Source: Planctomycetota bacterium (lineage in GTDB: Bacteria; Planctomycetota; UBA1135; GCA-002686595). Taken from it: a DNA stretch of 25,465 nt. The stretch is from NCBI GenBank assembly GCA_040754415.1, contig JBFMCU010000062.1:1-25465 (forward strand). The letters run 5' to 3'. This document shows positions 24,373 to 25,465 of the stretch, piece by piece. Positions within the stretch are counted from its first letter, which is position 1; every line of letters starts with the position of its first letter. The notes under the pieces are model-generated. The model worked only from the letters and a program-made list of their open reading frames with translations, searched no databases and was not told where the DNA came from. The translations under genes and the position numbers were made by a program.

Positions 24373-24997
24373 ACCGCCGGCGCGGCCGGCCCCGGCGCGA
24401 ACCGTCGGGGGGATCCGGGCGAGCAGCATCCGCCACCTCGGGCCCCCAGCCGCCGTGCCACTGCCGGTTCTTCTCGGGCACATCGAAGGCCTCCGGGTCG
24501 AAGGCCCCCCCCAGCCAATCGCTGAGCTCGGCGTGCTCCGGGTGAGAGGGATCGCTGCGAGCGTCGAGCAAGTTCGCATACCCCGGAGGCCCCCCGCAGT
24601 CCTCGGGAGGACATGCTCGTCGCCCGCCGAGGACCAGGGGGTACTTGCCTCCGGGCTCCGCCACGTGGACGCGTTCGAGCACGACATCGTGCTCCCACCC
24701 ATCTCCGAAGTCGTACTCGTAGACGAGCCGGTCCTTCGGCCGGCGCAGGACGTCGTCGAGACGCAGCTTGCGCTCGTCACGCGCCGGGGTGAGCAACCCC
24801 GGGTCCGGCTTGCCGATCTCCCCGCCGTCGTGCCGGAACACGTGCAGGTGGCTGTCCGTCCACCCTATGGCCCACTGCAGGGTCTCGTGAAGCGCCGCGA
24901 AGGTGATGTCGCTCCGGACCAAGAGGCGCCGCCACACGGGCGGCTTGATCCAGCGGAGCGTCACGCGAATCTCGTAGATCGACTTTGTCTTGGTCAT
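24371..24997 (-). CDS. Plasmid pRiA4b ORF3-like family protein (208 aa from the internal Met MTKTKSIYEI). The C-terminal ~35 aa are possibly frameshifted.
   Basis: Family signature IYEIRVTL..IKPPVWRRLLV....TFAALHETLQWAIGWTDSHLHVF ... YEYDFGDGWEHDV ... ACPPEDCGGPPGY. The last ~30 codons (NRQWHGGWGPEVADAARPDPPDGSRRGRPRRR) look non-native. Confidence 0.7.
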   Translation of the reverse strand: MTKTKSIYEIRVTLRWIKPPVWRRLLVRSDITFAALHETLQWAIGWTDSHLHVFRHDGGEIGKPDPGLLTPARDERKLRLDDVLRRPKDRLVYEYDFGDGWEHDVVLERVHVAEPGGKYPLVLGGRRACPPEDCGGPPGYANLLDARSDPSHPEHAELSDWLGGAFDPEAFDVPEKNRQWHGGWGPEVADAARPDPPDGSRRGRPRRR

Positions 24998-25342
24998 CCT
25001 TCCTCTCGTGGTTTCTCTGGGGGTACGCTCAATGCTCAGCATCAGCGGCGGCGCACCGCGCCGTCCGCAACATGCTCTTGATCGACAGCGCAATCGGATT
25101 CACTTCTTCGCCTTCGTCTTCCTGGATCGCCTCATGCCGCCGATGGGGAAGTGTTTGACCGCGCTCCGCGTGATGTACACCACGCGGATGACAGAGCCAC
25201 CCTGATGACGGGGGAGCTCGGCTAGCCTGGATTTCCACGGCGCGGAGTTTGCCTAAGGTCCGGGCTCCTCGGGCGGGCGGCTTGCGTGGCGGCTACGCCA
25301 TCAGTCGAAGCGTGCGTTGATTCCACCAGGGCACCTTGACCG

Positions 25343-25376
25343 GAGGATGTCCGTCCCGTTGTGAGATTTGATCGGG
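25343..25376. repeat. 34-bp inverted-repeat copy B (gaggatgtccgtcccgttgtgagatttgatcggg), the reverse complement of copy A at 93-126. It lies 61 nt upstream of a + strand gene start.
   Basis: 32/34 identity to the reverse complement of 93-126. Followed by an AAGGAGAG ribosome-binding site and ATG at 25438. Confidence 0.8.
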
Positions 25377-25437
25377 GGCCCAACCTGTTGGTAGGACTGG
25401 ACTTAGCACGAGTTCGGTCCCCCGAAGGAGAGCCCCA

Positions 25438-25465
25438 TGAAGAAGTCTACGAAGTACCGCAGCGT
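25438..25465 (+). CDS. 5' end (MKKSTKYRS...) of a gene that continues beyond the window. It may be an IS transposase, given the IR 61 nt upstream.
   Basis: A strong ribosome-binding site (AAGGAGAG) lies 5 nt before the ATG. The frame is open to the window edge. Confidence 0.4.

Overview
High-GC (~70%) bacterial chromosomal segment, probably from a metagenome-assembled or poorly characterised genome. The organism cannot be assigned from this window.

The first ~18 kb is densely coded housekeeping and envelope content:
- hemB.
- An NfeD-flotillin (SPFH) pair whose stop and start codons overlap.
- dedA.
- A membrane H+/Na+-translocating pyrophosphatase.
- rsfS.
- A PolB-like 3'-5' exonuclease.
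- A secreted matrixin-like zinc metalloprotease with three IPT/TIG repeats and an unusual Gly-Cys / transmembrane / Arg-rich C-terminal tail. It is translationally coupled to a small secreted partner protein.
- A periplasmic tandem-PDZ coiled-coil protein.
- A PPi-dependent phosphofructokinase.
- tRNA-Leu, followed by three tandem hairpin repeats.
- A large membrane-anchored protein of unknown function.
- A class-I aminotransferase.

The last ~7 kb (18.7-25.4 kb) looks like a decaying accessory or defence island with low coding density:
- A multiply frameshifted, internally deleted type I restriction hsdR pseudogene with a C-terminal AlbA_2-like domain. No hsdM or hsdS is present.
- An intact class-II Fic AMPylator.
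- About 1 kb of GC-rich non-coding DNA.
- An F420/NADP-oxidoreductase-family gene.
- An SNF2-helicase N-terminal fragment immediately downstream of a pRiA4b ORF3-like gene, which may itself be C-terminally disrupted.

A 34-bp imperfect inverted repeat (32/34 identical) lies 14 nt after a gene end at the left edge of the window, and 61 nt before a gene start at the right edge. That geometry matches the right and left ends of two directly oriented copies of an insertion sequence bracketing the whole window.

No CRISPR array and no rRNA were found. Most long antisense ORFs in the six-frame track are artefacts of the high GC content.
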